A DNA stretch of 64,000 nucleotides from Malacoraja senta (Eukaryota). Position 1 is the stretch's first letter; every line of letters starts with the position of its first letter. Location of the stretch: the NCBI GenBank assembly GCA_038087875.1, contig CM075997.1, positions 62,001 to 126,000 of the forward strand, read 5' to 3'. Shown here piece by piece: positions 12,845 through 27,282 of the stretch. The notes beneath the pieces are model-generated. The model was not told the origin of the DNA, made no database searches, and worked only from the letters and a program-made list of their open reading frames with translations. The translations under genes and the position numbers were made by a program.

Positions 12845-13619
12845 GGCCACCAACGCGTCCAATTACGCCGGTGATCAACCTTCAAGTGTCCCATTGCAAC
12901 AATCCACCTCCAGCCCCTCGAGTGAGCCCAGGCCACTCCCTCCCTCTCTCCCTTCCTCTCTCCCTCCCCGCCCCTGGCCCCAACACCAATAACGTCTCAG
13001 CTCAACGCCACTGGGACCAATCAGCTCCTGCGAACTGCCCCCCCCCAAAAAAAAAACCTCCCCAGTTGATTTTCCCCTAAAAAAGAATCCAAACTCGGAG
13101 GCCCAACAACCATGTTTATGAATTTTATTTATACGTGGCTCTCTTCGCTGGGAAATCAGCTGCGGACAATGCCAAATATCTGGACGGTAAGGTACTTTGC
13201 ATTCTCCACTCTTGCTAACTCAGGTTCTGGTGCAGTGAAATATTAACCCCACCACGCCAGAAACACGAATCCACACACGGAAAAACAAGGCGGCTTCAAA
13301 CATACTTTTTTGTTGGTCGTTCCAAAACTTTTTTACCTCGAAACTTCCAAATAGTCAGAAGTGACAAAGACAGATTGTCACAAACACAAATTTGGATATA
13401 AAACGACTCAAACAAACAAAAAACCCCAACCACGCAGGGCGAGTTTAAAACACAGATTCAAAATAAATTTCATTGCCAACACGAACGATGCAACAAAGTG
13501 TACATCGATGCGAAGATGTTTTAAAAAGTTAAACACACACGAAAAAACTCAAGCAAAGAAATACAAGCTCAGAAACACATTTACAAACATTACTCGAGTT
13601 ATTGGTAGACAGAATTTTG

Positions 13620-13664
<45 letters not shown>

Positions 13665-14085
13665 ACACACACAGAGACACACACACTCACATGCACACGG
13701 AGACACACAGAGACGCACACACACACAGACACACACACACACTCACACAGACACACAGACTCAGACACAGACACACAGAGACACACAGACTCAGACACAC
13801 AGAGACACACAGACACAGACACAGACTCACACTCACACAGACACACACACAGACACACACATAGACACACAGACAGACACACACACACTCGCACTCACAC
13901 TTACACTCATTCACAGACACACACACATACACACACAGACACACACATAGACACACAGAGACAGACACAGACACACAGACTCATACACACACAGACACAC
14001 ACACACTCGCACTCACTTACACTCATTCACAGACACACACATAGACACACACACACACAGAAACACAGACACACACACAAACAGA
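13620..14085. repeat. CA-rich compound microsatellite
   Basis: Direct reading. Confidence 0.95.
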
Positions 14086-17000
14086 TTCAACACACGTCCA
14101 CACATTCGAATTTAAAACACACGGACAGATTTATAAAACCCGACGCTATCTACAAATACATCCAACATACAGGTGCCCCCGCAGATACAGTAAATACAGA
14201 TAAAATTCGTTGACTTACAATTGTGGATTTAAACAACAAAAAAGTTATGGGTCATAGCATGAACTTAAAGCTGATTTCATAAACAAAGCTCCCGAAGTGA
14301 ATGCTACCCTTTCCAGAAATAACAAAGATAAAATGAAGTAGTCTTTTTGTACTTGTCAAGTGACGCCCAAGTTTAGAATAATTGTACTATTTTTTTTTTT
14401 AAAGATGAAATGTAATATGTTACTGCGGCTCACAGGCACATGGACAATGTTGGTGAGGTGGGATTAAAGGTATTTCTGTCTGATTTATCGTTCGCGCAAA
14501 ACAACGCCAACAATTCCTGTCAAATCGGCTGGAAACTGAGAGACAGACGAACCCACTTGGACACGGAGATAAATAATAATTATGGTGGGACAACAGACAG
14601 ACAGAATTACAGGGAAGAACGATGCCTAGAAAACAATTAATGGCAGGATTGAGAAAGGTGTAGGGAATAGGAAGGAGGCTGGATATAAAAATTAAATGGA
14701 TTAAGAACATTTGTACAGAAATCAAATGGATTAAGAAAAAATAATTAACAAAAAGTGACGTAAATAAATAATGTTTAAGAAGGAACTGCAGATGCTGGAA
14801 AATCGAAAGTAGACAAAAATGTTGGAGAAACTCAGCGGGTGAGGCAGCATCTATGGAGCGAAGGAAATAGGCAACGTTTGAAAAAGGGTTTCGACCCGAA
14901 ATGTTGCCTATTTCCTTTGTTCCATAGATGCTGCCTCACCCGCTGAGTTTCTCCAGCATTTTTGTCTACCTATGTAAATAAATACGTTTTTTTTAAGGCT
15001 CATCGACCCAGAGACTATGTATCGGGCATGTGTCATTGCAGTAGTTGGAAATTGCAGTATTTAATTCACAACTAATTATTCCCCCGCAATTATTATTTTT
15101 TCACTTTCGTTTTAATATTTCGACTAGCAATGTGGACATATTTGATTTTATTTTGCCCCCTCCTTCGTCTTTCGAATTTGCAGGAATAATCTCCCCCATG
15201 TTGGGGGAATCCAGAACCAGGGGTCGCAGTTTTAGAATAAGGGGTAGATAAAAATGCTGGAGGAACTCAGCGGGTGAGGCAACATTTACGTCTCGACCCG
15301 AAACGTCGCCTATTCCTTCTCTCCATAGATGCTGCCTCACCCGCTGAGTTCCTCCAGCATTTTTGTCTACCTTCGATTTTTTTCCAACATCTGCAGTTCT
15401 TTCTTAAACAAGAATAAGGGGTGGGCCATTTAGGACTGAAATGAGAAAACAACTTTTTCACCCAGAGAGTTGTGAATGTGTGGAATTATCTGCTACAGAA
15501 GGCAGTGGAGGCCAATTCACTGGATATTTTCAAGAGAGAGTTAGATTTGGCTCTTGGGACTAACGGCATCAAGGGATATGGGAAGAAAGTAGGAAAGGGG
15601 TAATGATTCTGGATGATCAACCAGATCATAATCCTGCACCTATTTTCTATGATTCTATGTATTATAATCGCTACAAATTCAGTAAACCAGGGACCGGAAA
15701 TATTTTGGCCAGAGTAAACGCGAATCTTTAACCGAAATTCTCTCCCCACTCACTTGTCGAGTGGGTGAAAAACAATTGACGTTTGTAGTTGTGGTTCTAA
15801 TCATTGTTCAATAATCAATAAAATGCAGAAGCAAAGGTTGACGTGAAGCTAAAGGGACAGGGTGGCCAAATTATTTTATAATTGTAAAAATAATTATAAT
15901 TGTAAATATATCCAGGTTGGGGGGAAACACGGAACATATTACCAATTAAAGCCAGGCTCATTTTCACCGATTGACAATTCTGTCGACCCATTTTAAAAGA
16001 GGAATTAAACTTCTGATTCAGGGAGAATTATTAGAAAAGTACATTTTAAATGTAATCTGTATTTGTATGATCTGGTGCTGAAGGACAAGACCAGTCCACC
16101 TGACTTGTCATTTGCCCACAGAAGAACGACCCATCCTTTCTCTCCAGAGATGATGCTGCCTGTCCCGCTGAGATACTCCAGCACTTTGTGTCTATCTTCG
16201 ATATGAGGTGTAGTTAAAACAGGCGATCCTCAAGTTCCCAATTACGGCAAGGATCTTTTGTTGAGATGGACACAAAATGCTGGAGTAACTCAGCGGGACA
16301 GGCAGCATCTCTGGAGAGAAGGAATCGGTGATATTTTGGGTCGAGACCCTTCTTCAGACTGAGACGCCGCCTGTCCCGCTGAGTTACTCCAGCATTTTGT
16401 GTCTATCTCCGGTTTAAACCAGTGTCTGTTGTTGAGAACAGGGTGCCGTCCAGTCGGCAATAACTATATTAAATAAGAAGGGTTTCGGCCCGAAACGTTG
16501 CCTATTTCCTTCGCTCCATAGATGCTGCTGCACCCGCTGAGTTTCTCCAGCATTTTTGTGTACCTTCGATTTTCCAACATCTGCAGTTCCTTCTTAAACA
16601 CATATCTTAAATAACACAATCGTTCTTTAACCAGAACCCGAGTGTTTCTGATGGACAAGCCGAAAGATAACAATCTGCAGCAACTTAATTTTGTTCAATT
16701 AATATTTCCCCTCACAAACTTGTAGCAGTTTTTTTTTAATCTGATCTAAAATCGCGATTAAAATCATTTTCTTCGGCGAATATGATAATTTTTTAGAGGC
16801 ATAAAGAACAGCAGATACTGGTTTACACACAGAGAAAAAAACAAAGGGCTGGAGTAACTCAGCTGTGATTTTTAGACGAGGTTTCGTCTATGAGAGGTTT
16901 TGTGTTTCAACGAGCCAGCGTTTAAATTTCGGTGAAATCTTCACGAAATAAATATATTCTTTTTTTTAAAAGTTCTATTTTTGCAAGAATTTTTTTCCCG

Positions 17001-19319
17001 TATAATGCATCTTAGTTACTCACGAAAGTTTTACTTGAAGGCAGGAATAAAGTCATGTGGAATATTTAGCACCGATTTATGCCGGGTTCGACGCGGCGCG
17101 TTACGCGGACGCTGCAAATGTCCTTCTGATTTCTCAGGTTTCTTAAACCCGATCATTTAACACAACATATTCCAAACTACTCGTGATTTTTGTTAAACAA
17201 TACCCTCCCCTTTGCGCGCCCCTTACTTAGTTTGAAAACAATTAGAGATTTATTGAACAAATAATTCTCCTGTGATTTTAATGATCAAAGTCTGCATCAA
17301 CTCTCTCAACACTGGAGTGACTTTTATCAGAATCACCTGAGTTTTGTTCTGAATTTTCTTTCAGCTTGGAATAATTTAAGGGCATTTTAAAACCAGCCGC
17401 GTAGTTGGGGAAGGGTCCTAAATCTGACTCCATAGAAAACAAATTTACAGATGCTGGAAATCTGAAATTAAAATTTCTGGAAGTTTACTCACTTTTAAAA
17501 TAAAAGAGACTTTATCTAATTGTAGAAAGGTAGGGAGAACTTTAAACAAACACTAACATTAACGCTTAATCTGGGCGTTAATTAACATATTCCATTAGTA
17601 ATAATTTATTTAGAACATAGGACAATAAAGCAGTGGAACAGGCCATTTGGAAATAAATGCTGCCATTGCGTTTGCTTTCTTTACCACTGATGTTTCTGGA
17701 GTGGAGCTGCGAAGATTACGGGGAGGTGACTGCATTCTTGTAACATTCAGGTCATTGCGAGGAGAGGCTGGGCCACTAGTCGTTGCAATGCATATAAAGG
17801 ATGGTCACTGCGCCAGAGACCCGGGTTCGAGCCTGACCTCGGGTGCTGCCTGTGTGGAGTTTGCACATGCTCCCCGTGACCGCGTGGGTTTGCTCCGGGT
17901 GCTCCGGTTTCCTCCCACATCCCAAAGACGTGCGGGTTAATTGGCCCTCGGTAAAATTTCTCCTGGTGTGTAATGAGTGGAGGAGAAAGTGGGATAGCAT
18001 TGAACTAGTGTGAACGGGTGATCGATGGCCGGTGGGCCGAAGGGCCTGTTTCCACACTGTATCTGTAAACTAAACTAAGTGTGTACACACAGGTGATTGG
18101 AGCTGCACTGGGGAAATTATTCTATGGGTGTATGCTGTATTAGTGATGGGAAAATGTATTTGTTATGTAAATCTCTCTCAGAAACATTGAACAAATGAAG
18201 ATTAGAGTCTGTCACACACGGCAACATTTCAGTAACAAGGGGAATCCCAATCATTGATTCCTGTTCACGGAATGTGCCGAAATATACATGTTTTTTTTTA
18301 ATTAAAAATAAAATTTCTTGCAAGACCAGAGGATTTTTCCACTGTTGAATAATATTTATATCAGTTTACACACATGATGAGACTGAAGAAGGGTGTCGAC
18401 CCGAAACGTCACCCATTCCTTCTCTCCAGAGATGCTGCCTATCCCGCTGAGTTATTTGTGTCTACCATCGATTTAAACCAGCATCTGCAGTTCCGTCCCA
18501 CACAGTTTCCTCTGAAGTTTACAGGGAGGATGACCCAGCCGCTCCCTACCACTTCCACCGGCCCACCCCCTGGAGGGGCGACTCTGTTTAATTTCGTGTA
18601 CAATGAAGCTGTGACATTCTCACTTGCCAATCGGATTGATAGATAAGCACACTTTTATTTCAACGTGTTTTAACATGTTGCGCAGTGGGGAAAAACTGGA
18701 GATCTTTAGGATGCGACAGGAAAATAATGGGGTCACGGAGAACGTGAAAACACGCGTGCACACCATGCAGGCACACACACACATGATGCACACACACACG
18801 ATACATGTTTTCACACACACATGATGCACACACACACGCCCACAATACATGCACACACGACACATACACACACACGACATATACACACACAATACATGCA
18901 CGCACACTCATGCAGACACACGCACACACGATACATGCACACACATATGATACATGCGCACATACACATGATGCACAAACACACACACGAGTTCCTCTAA
19001 GACTGGACACCAAGGGCTGAAGGTCGGGTAGAACGCGAGTTTGTGTCCTTCTCCAGTTCCTTGGGTCTCATTTGGAGCTCCTCTGCCCTCCAGTGGTCAG
19101 CGTGGGAGCAGCAGCCACTACAGGAATGACCAGAAGACATTGGAGCAGAATTAGGCCACTCGGCCCATCGAGTTTACTCCTCCATTCGATCATGTCTGAT
19201 CTATCTTTCCCTCTCAACCCAATTCTCCCGCCACACACACACACTCACAGGGCAGAGAGAGAGAGACAGAGAGAGAGAGAGACACATTGTGAGGAGAAAC
19301 ACACTCACAGTAGACAGAG

Positions 19320-19657
19320 GCATATATGCACACACATGCACACGCGCACATATACTTGCACATACATGCACACGTGCACATATACTTGCACATACATGCA
19401 CACGTGCACATATACTTGCACACACATGCACATGCGCACATATACTTGCACACACATGCACACACATGCACATGCGCACATATACTTGCACACATGCACA
19501 CGCGCACATATACTTGAACACACATGCACACACATGCACACGCGCACATATACGTGCACACACACGCACACACGCAATATACTTGCACACACACGCACAC
19601 ACATGCACACACGCACATATACTTGCACACACACACGCACACACATGCACACACACG
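19320..19657. repeat. CA/TG-rich minisatellite 3' of QPCTL (similar tract at ~18770-18990)
   Basis: Direct reading. Confidence 0.9.
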
Positions 19658-20004
19658 TAACACCAGGCATCATACATACACAGACACGTGAAAGAACCAG
19701 AGATAAAATAAGACGTGATGTGGGGGGAATGCAAAAGGCGACAGACAGACAGAGTCTGTGTGAGAGGCGGGTGTCTGGCGTTGTGGTCAATGTGTGCCGA
19801 GTGGGTCGGTAACGGCTGCAGCCACACGTCCAGTGTCCAGTCTCCGGCCGCCATGGGAGTGGACGCCGCCCCTCTGACCACAGCCGGAATCAGCGGCCGT
19901 GTTGAGCCACCGGTGGCACGAGGGGACAGTTCAGGTGGCGGGCAAGCCAGCGGTTGGCCGCGCCACACCGCGCCGGTCCGAGCCACAGCACGTCGCGCCG
20001 GGCA

Positions 20005-20620
<616 letters not shown>

Positions 20621-21048
20621 GGCCTGGAGTGGATGTGGAGAGGATGTTTCCACGAGTGGGAGAGTCTAGGACCAGAGACCCAGTCTGTTCCCTTGCTGAA
20701 GACCCAAAGAATTGGTGTTTCAGAAACTTGACCCACTGATTTGGCCTCCACAGCCTTCTGTGGCAATGAATTCCACAGATTCACCACCCTCTGACTAAAG
20801 AAATTCCTCCTCATCTCCTTTCCCTTTCATCCTTTAATTCTGAGGCTTTGCCCTCTGGTCCTAGACTCCCCCACTAGTGGAAACATCTTCTCCACATCCA
20901 CTCTGTCTCGGCCTTTCACTATTTGGCAATAAACTACACGCCACTAACGAGTGCGCCGCCATCAAGGAATCCCCACCCCTCCGCCCCTCTGCCGCGGCAT
21001 GTTGCATGCAGTCGGGCGCGCAAACACACGGCACGGTTACACGGTTAC

Positions 21049-21165
21049 CTTTGCGCAGGAAGGGCAGGTGGTCATCCTCGATGGGAGCGTAGCGAGTGTT
21101 ACCGGCAAAGTAGGTCACCTCCACTGGGTGGTGCGCCAGCAAACCAAGCCGGTGGAGACGTCTCT
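21049..21165 (-). CDS. QPCTL: QPCTL exon 6 (117 nt)
   Basis: gtccag|AG acceptor (phase 1) and G|GTAACC donor; encodes [10 protein letters not shown]…[12 protein letters not shown]. Confidence 0.93.
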
Positions 21166-21195
21166 CTGGACAGACAGAGACCAGGGTCAGTGTGG

Positions 21196-21768
21196 GACGG
21201 ACACGGACACAGACACACACACACACATGGGGACACACACGGACAGATACACACACACGGACACACACACGGGGGCACACACAGAGGACAGACACACACA
21301 CGGACAGACACACACGGACACACACACACGGGGGGCACACACAGAGGACAGACACACACACGGACAGACACACACGGACACACACACACGGACAGATACA
21401 CACACGGACACACACACACGGGGACACACACACGGACACACACACACACACACGGACAGATACACACACGGACACACACACACGGACAGATACACACACG
21501 GACAGATACACACACACGGACACACACACACACGGACACACACAGAGGACAGATGCACACACGGACAAACACACACGGACACACACACACGGGGGCACAC
21601 ACAGGGGACAGACACACACATGGACAGACACACACGGACACACACACACGGACAGATACACACACAGACAGATACACACACACGGACACACACACCGACA
21701 CACGCGCACATACACACGGACACATACATACGGACACACACACACACGGACACACACACACGGACACA
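21196..21768. repeat. CACACGGACAGA-type microsatellite in QPCTL intron 5
   Basis: Direct reading. Confidence 0.95.
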
Positions 21769-22620
21769 GTTTGCCTCCCCGTGACCGCGTGGGTTTCTAC
21801 CGGGTGCTCCAGTTTCCTCCCACATCCCAAAGACGTGCGGGTTTGTGGGCTAATCCGCCCCTCTGTTCGTGTGTAGGGAGTGGATGAGAAAGTGGGATAA
21901 CATGGAACTAGTGTGAATGGGTGATCGATGGTCAGCATGGACTCGGTGGGCCGAAGGGCCTGTTTCCATGCTGGATCTCCAAACTAAACTAAGTGTGTAC
22001 ACACAGGTGATTGGAGCTGCACTGGGGAAATTATTCTGTGGGTGTGTGCTGTATTAGTGATGGGAAAATGTATTTGTTATGTAAATCTCTCTCAGACACA
22101 CTGAACAACTGAAGATTAGAGTCTGTCACACACGGCAAGATTTGAGTAACAAGGGGAATCCCAGTTCACGGAATGTGCCTAAATGGTGATCGATCGCTGG
22201 TCAGTGTCGCCTCACAAGTTCACAAGTTCTCGGATTAGGTAGGCCATTCGGCCCATCACCGCCATTCAATCATGGCTGATCTCTGCCTCCTAATCCTATT
22301 TTCCTGATAACTCCCCACATCCCTTGACACCCGTTCTAATCAAGAACTCGTCTATTTCTGCCTTACATAATATCCACTGGCTTGTGGCCTCCACAGCCCT
22401 CTGTGGCAAAGAATTCCATAGATTCACCACCCTCTGACTAACGAAATTCCTCCTCATCTCCTTGCTAAAAGAGCGCCCTTTAATTCTGAGGCTGTGACCT
22501 CTGGTCCTAGACTCTCCCACCAGTGGAAACATCCTCTCTACATCCACTCTATCTCTGCCTTTCACTATTCTGTACATTTCAATTCAATGGGCCTGTTTCC
22601 ACAGCGTATCTCTAAACCAG

Positions 22621-22932
22621 GGGCGGCACGGTGGCGCAGCGGGTAGAGCTGCTGCCTCACAACGCCAGAGACCCGGGTTCGATCCTGACTACGGGTGCTG
22701 TCTGTACGGAGTTTGTACGTTCTCCCCGTGACCTGCGTGGGTTTTCTCCGGGTGCTCCGGTTTCCTCCCACACTCCAAAGACGTGCAGGTTTGTAGGTTA
22801 ATTGTGTTGCTGTAAATGTAAATGGGCCCTAGTGTGTGTAGGATTGAGCTAGTGTGTGTGGATCGCTGGTGGGTGTGGACTCGGTGGGCCGAAGGGCCTG
22901 TTTCCACGCTGTATCTCTAAACTGAAACTAAA
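22621..22932 (+). mobile_element. tRNA-derived V-SINE (HE1-like), full-length representative
   Basis: A box TGGCGCAGCGG and B box GGTTCGATCC; V-domain-like core GTTCTCCCCGTG…GGTTTCCTCCCACA…AAAGAC; CR1-like tail GGGCCGAAGGGCCTGTTTCC…CTAAAC. Other copies at ~990-1196(-), 2568-2760(+), 2930-3235(-), 5812-6276(+), 9575-9880(-), 24998-25303(+), 31202-31465(+), 45635-45940(-), 48295-48592(+), 51565-51858(-). Confidence 0.85.
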
Positions 22933-23156
22933 AGATTCACAGATAGACACAACATGCTGGAGTAACTCAGCGAGACAGGCAGCATCTCTGGAGGGAAGGA
23001 ATGGGTGTCCTGAAGGGTTTCTCCAGAAATGCTGCCTGACCCGCTGAGTTACTCCAGCACTTTGTGTCTAACTTCGGTATAAACCAGCGTCTGCAGTTCC
23101 TTCCCACATAAACCATTGGCAGGGAGGGGTCGGAGGGGGGGGGGGCGGTCCTGTAC

Positions 23157-23256
23157 CGATGCCAACCAGACGATTGAACCAGTGGGCAGTGTTGCTGAAG
23201 TGGTTGAGGAAGATGGGTTTGCTCACACCCAGCAGGTCCAGCAGCATAAACAGGTC
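23157..23256 (-). CDS. QPCTL: QPCTL exon 5 (100 nt)
   Basis: ttccag|GAC acceptor and G|GTACAG donor; encodes DLFMLLDLLG…HWFNRLVGI. Confidence 0.93.
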
Positions 23257-23570
23257 CTGGAAGAGAAACAATGGTGACGCTCAGAGGGGTGGGGAGGGGG
23301 GGGGGATAGGGGGGGAGAGGGTACTGACCAGTGAGTCTAAGAGGAGGTGAGGGGGTGTGGGGATGAGGGAGGGTGGGGGTGGGGGGGAGAGGGTGGATAG
23401 GAGTGACGGGTTGTGGGATGGGAGGGGGTGGGGGAGTGAGGGGGTGTGGGTGTGGGTGAGGAAGTGGGGGAGGGGGAAGGTGGTGGTGAGAGGGTGGGGG
23501 TGACGGGATGTGAGGGGTGTGGGTGTGAGTGGGTGGGGGTGGGGGGTGGGTGTACTGACCAGCGAGTCTA

Positions 23571-23945
<375 letters not shown>

Positions 23946-24679
23946 CTAACGCTGGCAAACGTGGCCAGGCTAGACGGCCCCTGGGTGGATGATGGAACCC
24001 GTGGCTGGAGAGGGTGGTGCGGCGGTCGATGATGGTGCTGACCGGCGGACGAGGACGGACCATGTGCGAGTGAGGACGCCGCTGCCGGGGGAAGGAACAT
24101 AGGACCCGGCGTGAGGGGTGAGGAGGGGGGGTGGAGAAAAAGGGGGGGCCTGGTACAGATAATCTGTAACTTCGTCAGCGCCCTTTATGTAGCCACTGTT
24201 TGCATACCTCGGGTACGCCCGCAACTAATCTCACTGTGACTTGTCTAATGTGACAATAAAGCATTCATTCACATGATGGGCCGAAGGGCCTGTTTCCGCT
24301 CTGTACAATTCCAAGTGCAGGTGGGTGGTCAGTACAGATGTGATGGGCCAAAGGGCCCGTTTCTATGCTCTCTGATTCACAGGGTGCGCATTGGCCAGCA
24401 GGAACGATATGGGCCGAAGGGCCTGTTTCCGTGCTGCACTATTTGCTGCAGCGCTGGGTGGGCCAGCACAGATGCGATGGGCCTAAGGGCCTGGATCTGC
24501 ACTGCCCGGTTCTTTGGACCACTGGCCGGGCCAGCGTGGGTAGGATGGGCTGCATTGGCCAGCAGGGACAGGATGGGCTGAAGGGCCTGTTTCTGTGTTG
24601 CACGGTTCTCCGGTGGGCTAGCAAGGACAAGCATGGGCTGAAGGGTCTGCAGTGGCCAGCAGGGACGGGACAGACTCAC

Positions 24680-24967
24680 CCTCTCCTTTAGTCGGCGTAG
24701 CTCCTTGTCGAGAGCGTGCACGATCTCCAGCAAGATGGCGCATGGAACCGCGGAGTCCGTGGCTCCCACGTACACGCGCCCGGCCCCGTCTGGCGGGTAA
24801 TACTTGGAGTCGTAGTGACAGGCTAGCACCAGACGTCTACGGGCAGCGGGGGCCAGAGTGGCCACCAGGTTGGTGAAGGTACGTACTCCATGAGGTGTCC
24901 GCTCCTCAAACGCGTCCATCTCCAAACTCCAGCCGGCTGGCAGCGACTCCACCTGGTCTTGGATGTG
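24680..24967 (-). CDS. QPCTL: QPCTL exon 3 (288 nt)
   Basis: Branch-like CTCTAAC plus ctccag|CAC acceptor; AGG|GTGAGT donor; encodes LACHYDSK and GATDSAVPCA (Zn-ligand Asp). Confidence 0.95.
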
Positions 24968-25940
24968 CTGGAGAATGGCAAGGTTGCGGTTAGAGTATGG
25001 CACGGTGGCGGAGCGGGTAGAACTGCTGCCTCACAGCGCCAGAGACCCGGGTTCCATCCTCACCACAGGTGCTCTCTGTACGGAATTTGCACGTTCTCCC
25101 CGTGACCTGCGTGGGTTTTCTCCGGGTGCTCCGGTTTCCTCCCACACTCCAAAGACGCGCAGGTTTGTAGGTTAATTGGCTTCGGAAAAATTGTAAATTG
25201 TCCCTCATGTGCTTAGGATAGCATTAGTGTGCGGGGATCGCTGGTCGGCGCGGACCCGGTGGGCCGAAGGGCCAGTTTCCGCGCTGTATCTCTGAACTAA
25301 ACTAGAGGATACAGTTTTAAAGTGTCACAGAGTCATAGAGTGATACAGCGTGGAAACGTGCCCTGCGGCCTGTTTCAGGCAACTGAACCATCCTACCGAC
25401 AACTGGAGAGCGGTCCAGAGATATTATCCACCTCATTCGAGACCCTCGAGATTATCTTTGATCAGACCGTTCTGGACTTTACCTTGCACTAAACGTTATT
25501 CCCTTTATCCTATATCTGTACACTGTGGACGGCTCGATTGTAATCACGTATTGTCTTTCCGCTGACTGGTTTGCACGCAACAAAAGCTTTTCACTGTACA
25601 CATGTTCAGTGCACACGACGGGGTCAAGGAAAGAGCGTTCTTGTCGCGGCCCTGATTTTTCCACATCCGCGCCAAAGAAGCACAAGAAAGACCCCATTGT
25701 ATGCAGATGCTGAGATGTCTGTTTAGCATTGGCTGAGCAACTTCTAATCTTGTGTGTGGACTCGATAAGAAGAAGTACACATGACAATAAACTAAATGAT
25801 AAATTGAAGGTAGATAAAAATGCTGGAGAAACTCAGCGGGTGAGGCAGCATCTATGGAGCGAAGGAATAGGTGACGTTTTGGGTCGAGACCCGGAAGGAT
25901 CTTTGGAGCGAAGGAATAGGTGACGTTTCGGGTCGAGACC

Positions 25941-26430
25941 CGGAAGGGTCTCGACCCAAAACGTCGCCTATTCCTTCGCTCCATAGATGCAGCCTCACCC
26001 GCTGAGTTTCCAGAAGGGTCTCGACCCGAAACGTCACCTATTCCTTCGCTCCATAGATGCAGCCTCACCCGCTGAGTTTCCAGAAGGGTCTCGACCCGAA
26101 ACGTCACCTATTCCTTCGCTCCATAGATGCAGCCTAATCCGCTGAGTTTCCAGAAGGGTTTCGACCCAAAACGTCACCTATTCCTTCACTCCATAGATGC
26201 AGCCTCACCCGCTGAGTTTCCAGAAGGGTCTCGACCCGAAACGTCACCTATTCCTTCGCTCCATAGATGCAGCCTCACCCGCTGAGTTTCCAGAAGGGTC
26301 TCGACCCGAAACGTCGCCTATTCCTTCGCTCCATAGATGCAGCCTCACCCGCTGAGTTTCCGGAAGGGTCTCGACCCGAAACGTCGCCTATTCCTTCGCT
26401 CCATAGATGCTGCCTCACCCGCTGAGTTTC
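25941..26430 (+). repeat. Tandem array, 7 x 70-bp unit derived from the PLE terminal repeat
   Basis: Unit CAGAAGGGTCTCGACCCGAAACGTCACCTATTCCTTCGCTCCATAGATGCAGCCTCACCCGCTGAGTTTC starts at 25941, 26011, 26081, 26151, 26221, 26291 and 26361. Confidence 0.95.
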
Positions 26431-27135
26431 TCCAGCATTTTTATCTACCTTCGATTTTTCCAGCATCTGCAGTTCCTTCTGAAACTATAACTTGCGTCCT
26501 TTCTTCTAGATTAGTACGGGTTTTCAGGGGTTACGGGCACAAGGGAGGAGAATGGGGTTGAGAGGGAGAAACAGATCAGCCATGATTGAATGGCAGAGTA
26601 GACTTGATGGGCTGAATGGCATCTGATTCTGCTACAATCACTATAAATTTATGAACCAAAGACTAGGCTTTGTCCAGCCTGAATTTGTTTTGGTGATCAG
26701 AGAACGTCACAGAAACTTAGAAAATAGGTGCAGGAGTAGGCTATTCATCCTTTCGAGCCAGCACTACCATTCAATATGATCATGGCTGATCATTCACAAT
26801 CAGTAACCCGTGCCTGCCTTCTCCCCATATCCCTTGATTCCACTAGCCCGTAGAGCTCTATCTAACTCTCTCTTAAATCCATCCAGTGATTTGGCCTCCA
26901 CTGCCTTCTGTGGCAGGGAATTCCACATAGAACGCCATAGAAACATAGAAAATAGGTGCAGGAGGAGGCCATTCATCCCTTCGAGCCAGCACTACCATTC
27001 AATATGATCATGGCTGATCATCCACAATCAGTACCCCTTTCCTGCTTTTCTCCCCATATCCTTTGATTCCGTTAGTCCTCAGAGCTAAATCTAAGTCCAT
27101 GAAACAAAGAGGAAATGTTTTAACCGGGGACTCAC

Positions 27136-27282
27136 CTGTCGCACCTGCTCGATGCCCTCTGACCCAGGATATCGCTCAATCAACATGGGCACCAGGAAGG
27201 TGTTCCATAGACGGTGGAAGTCGACCAGCGACGCCAACTGCCTCACTTGACTCGACATGACGCTCTTTGGTTTGTGGTGGTG
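27136..27282 (-). CDS. QPCTL: QPCTL exon 2 (147 nt)
   Basis: ttacag|CAC acceptor and CAG|GTGAGT donor; encodes HHHKPK…RLWNTFLVPMLIERYPGSEGIEQVRQ, homologous to glutaminyl cyclase L(L/I)ERYPGS. Confidence 0.9.

Noticed and set aside
12845..12862. FoxG N-terminal extension from the ORF-track start
   Set aside because: It starts at TTG; the ATG at 12844 has strong Kozak context and matches the family N-terminus.
22621..22695. tRNA genes suggested by A/B boxes
   Set aside because: These are SINE heads continuing into the V-domain and tail; no complete cloverleaf.
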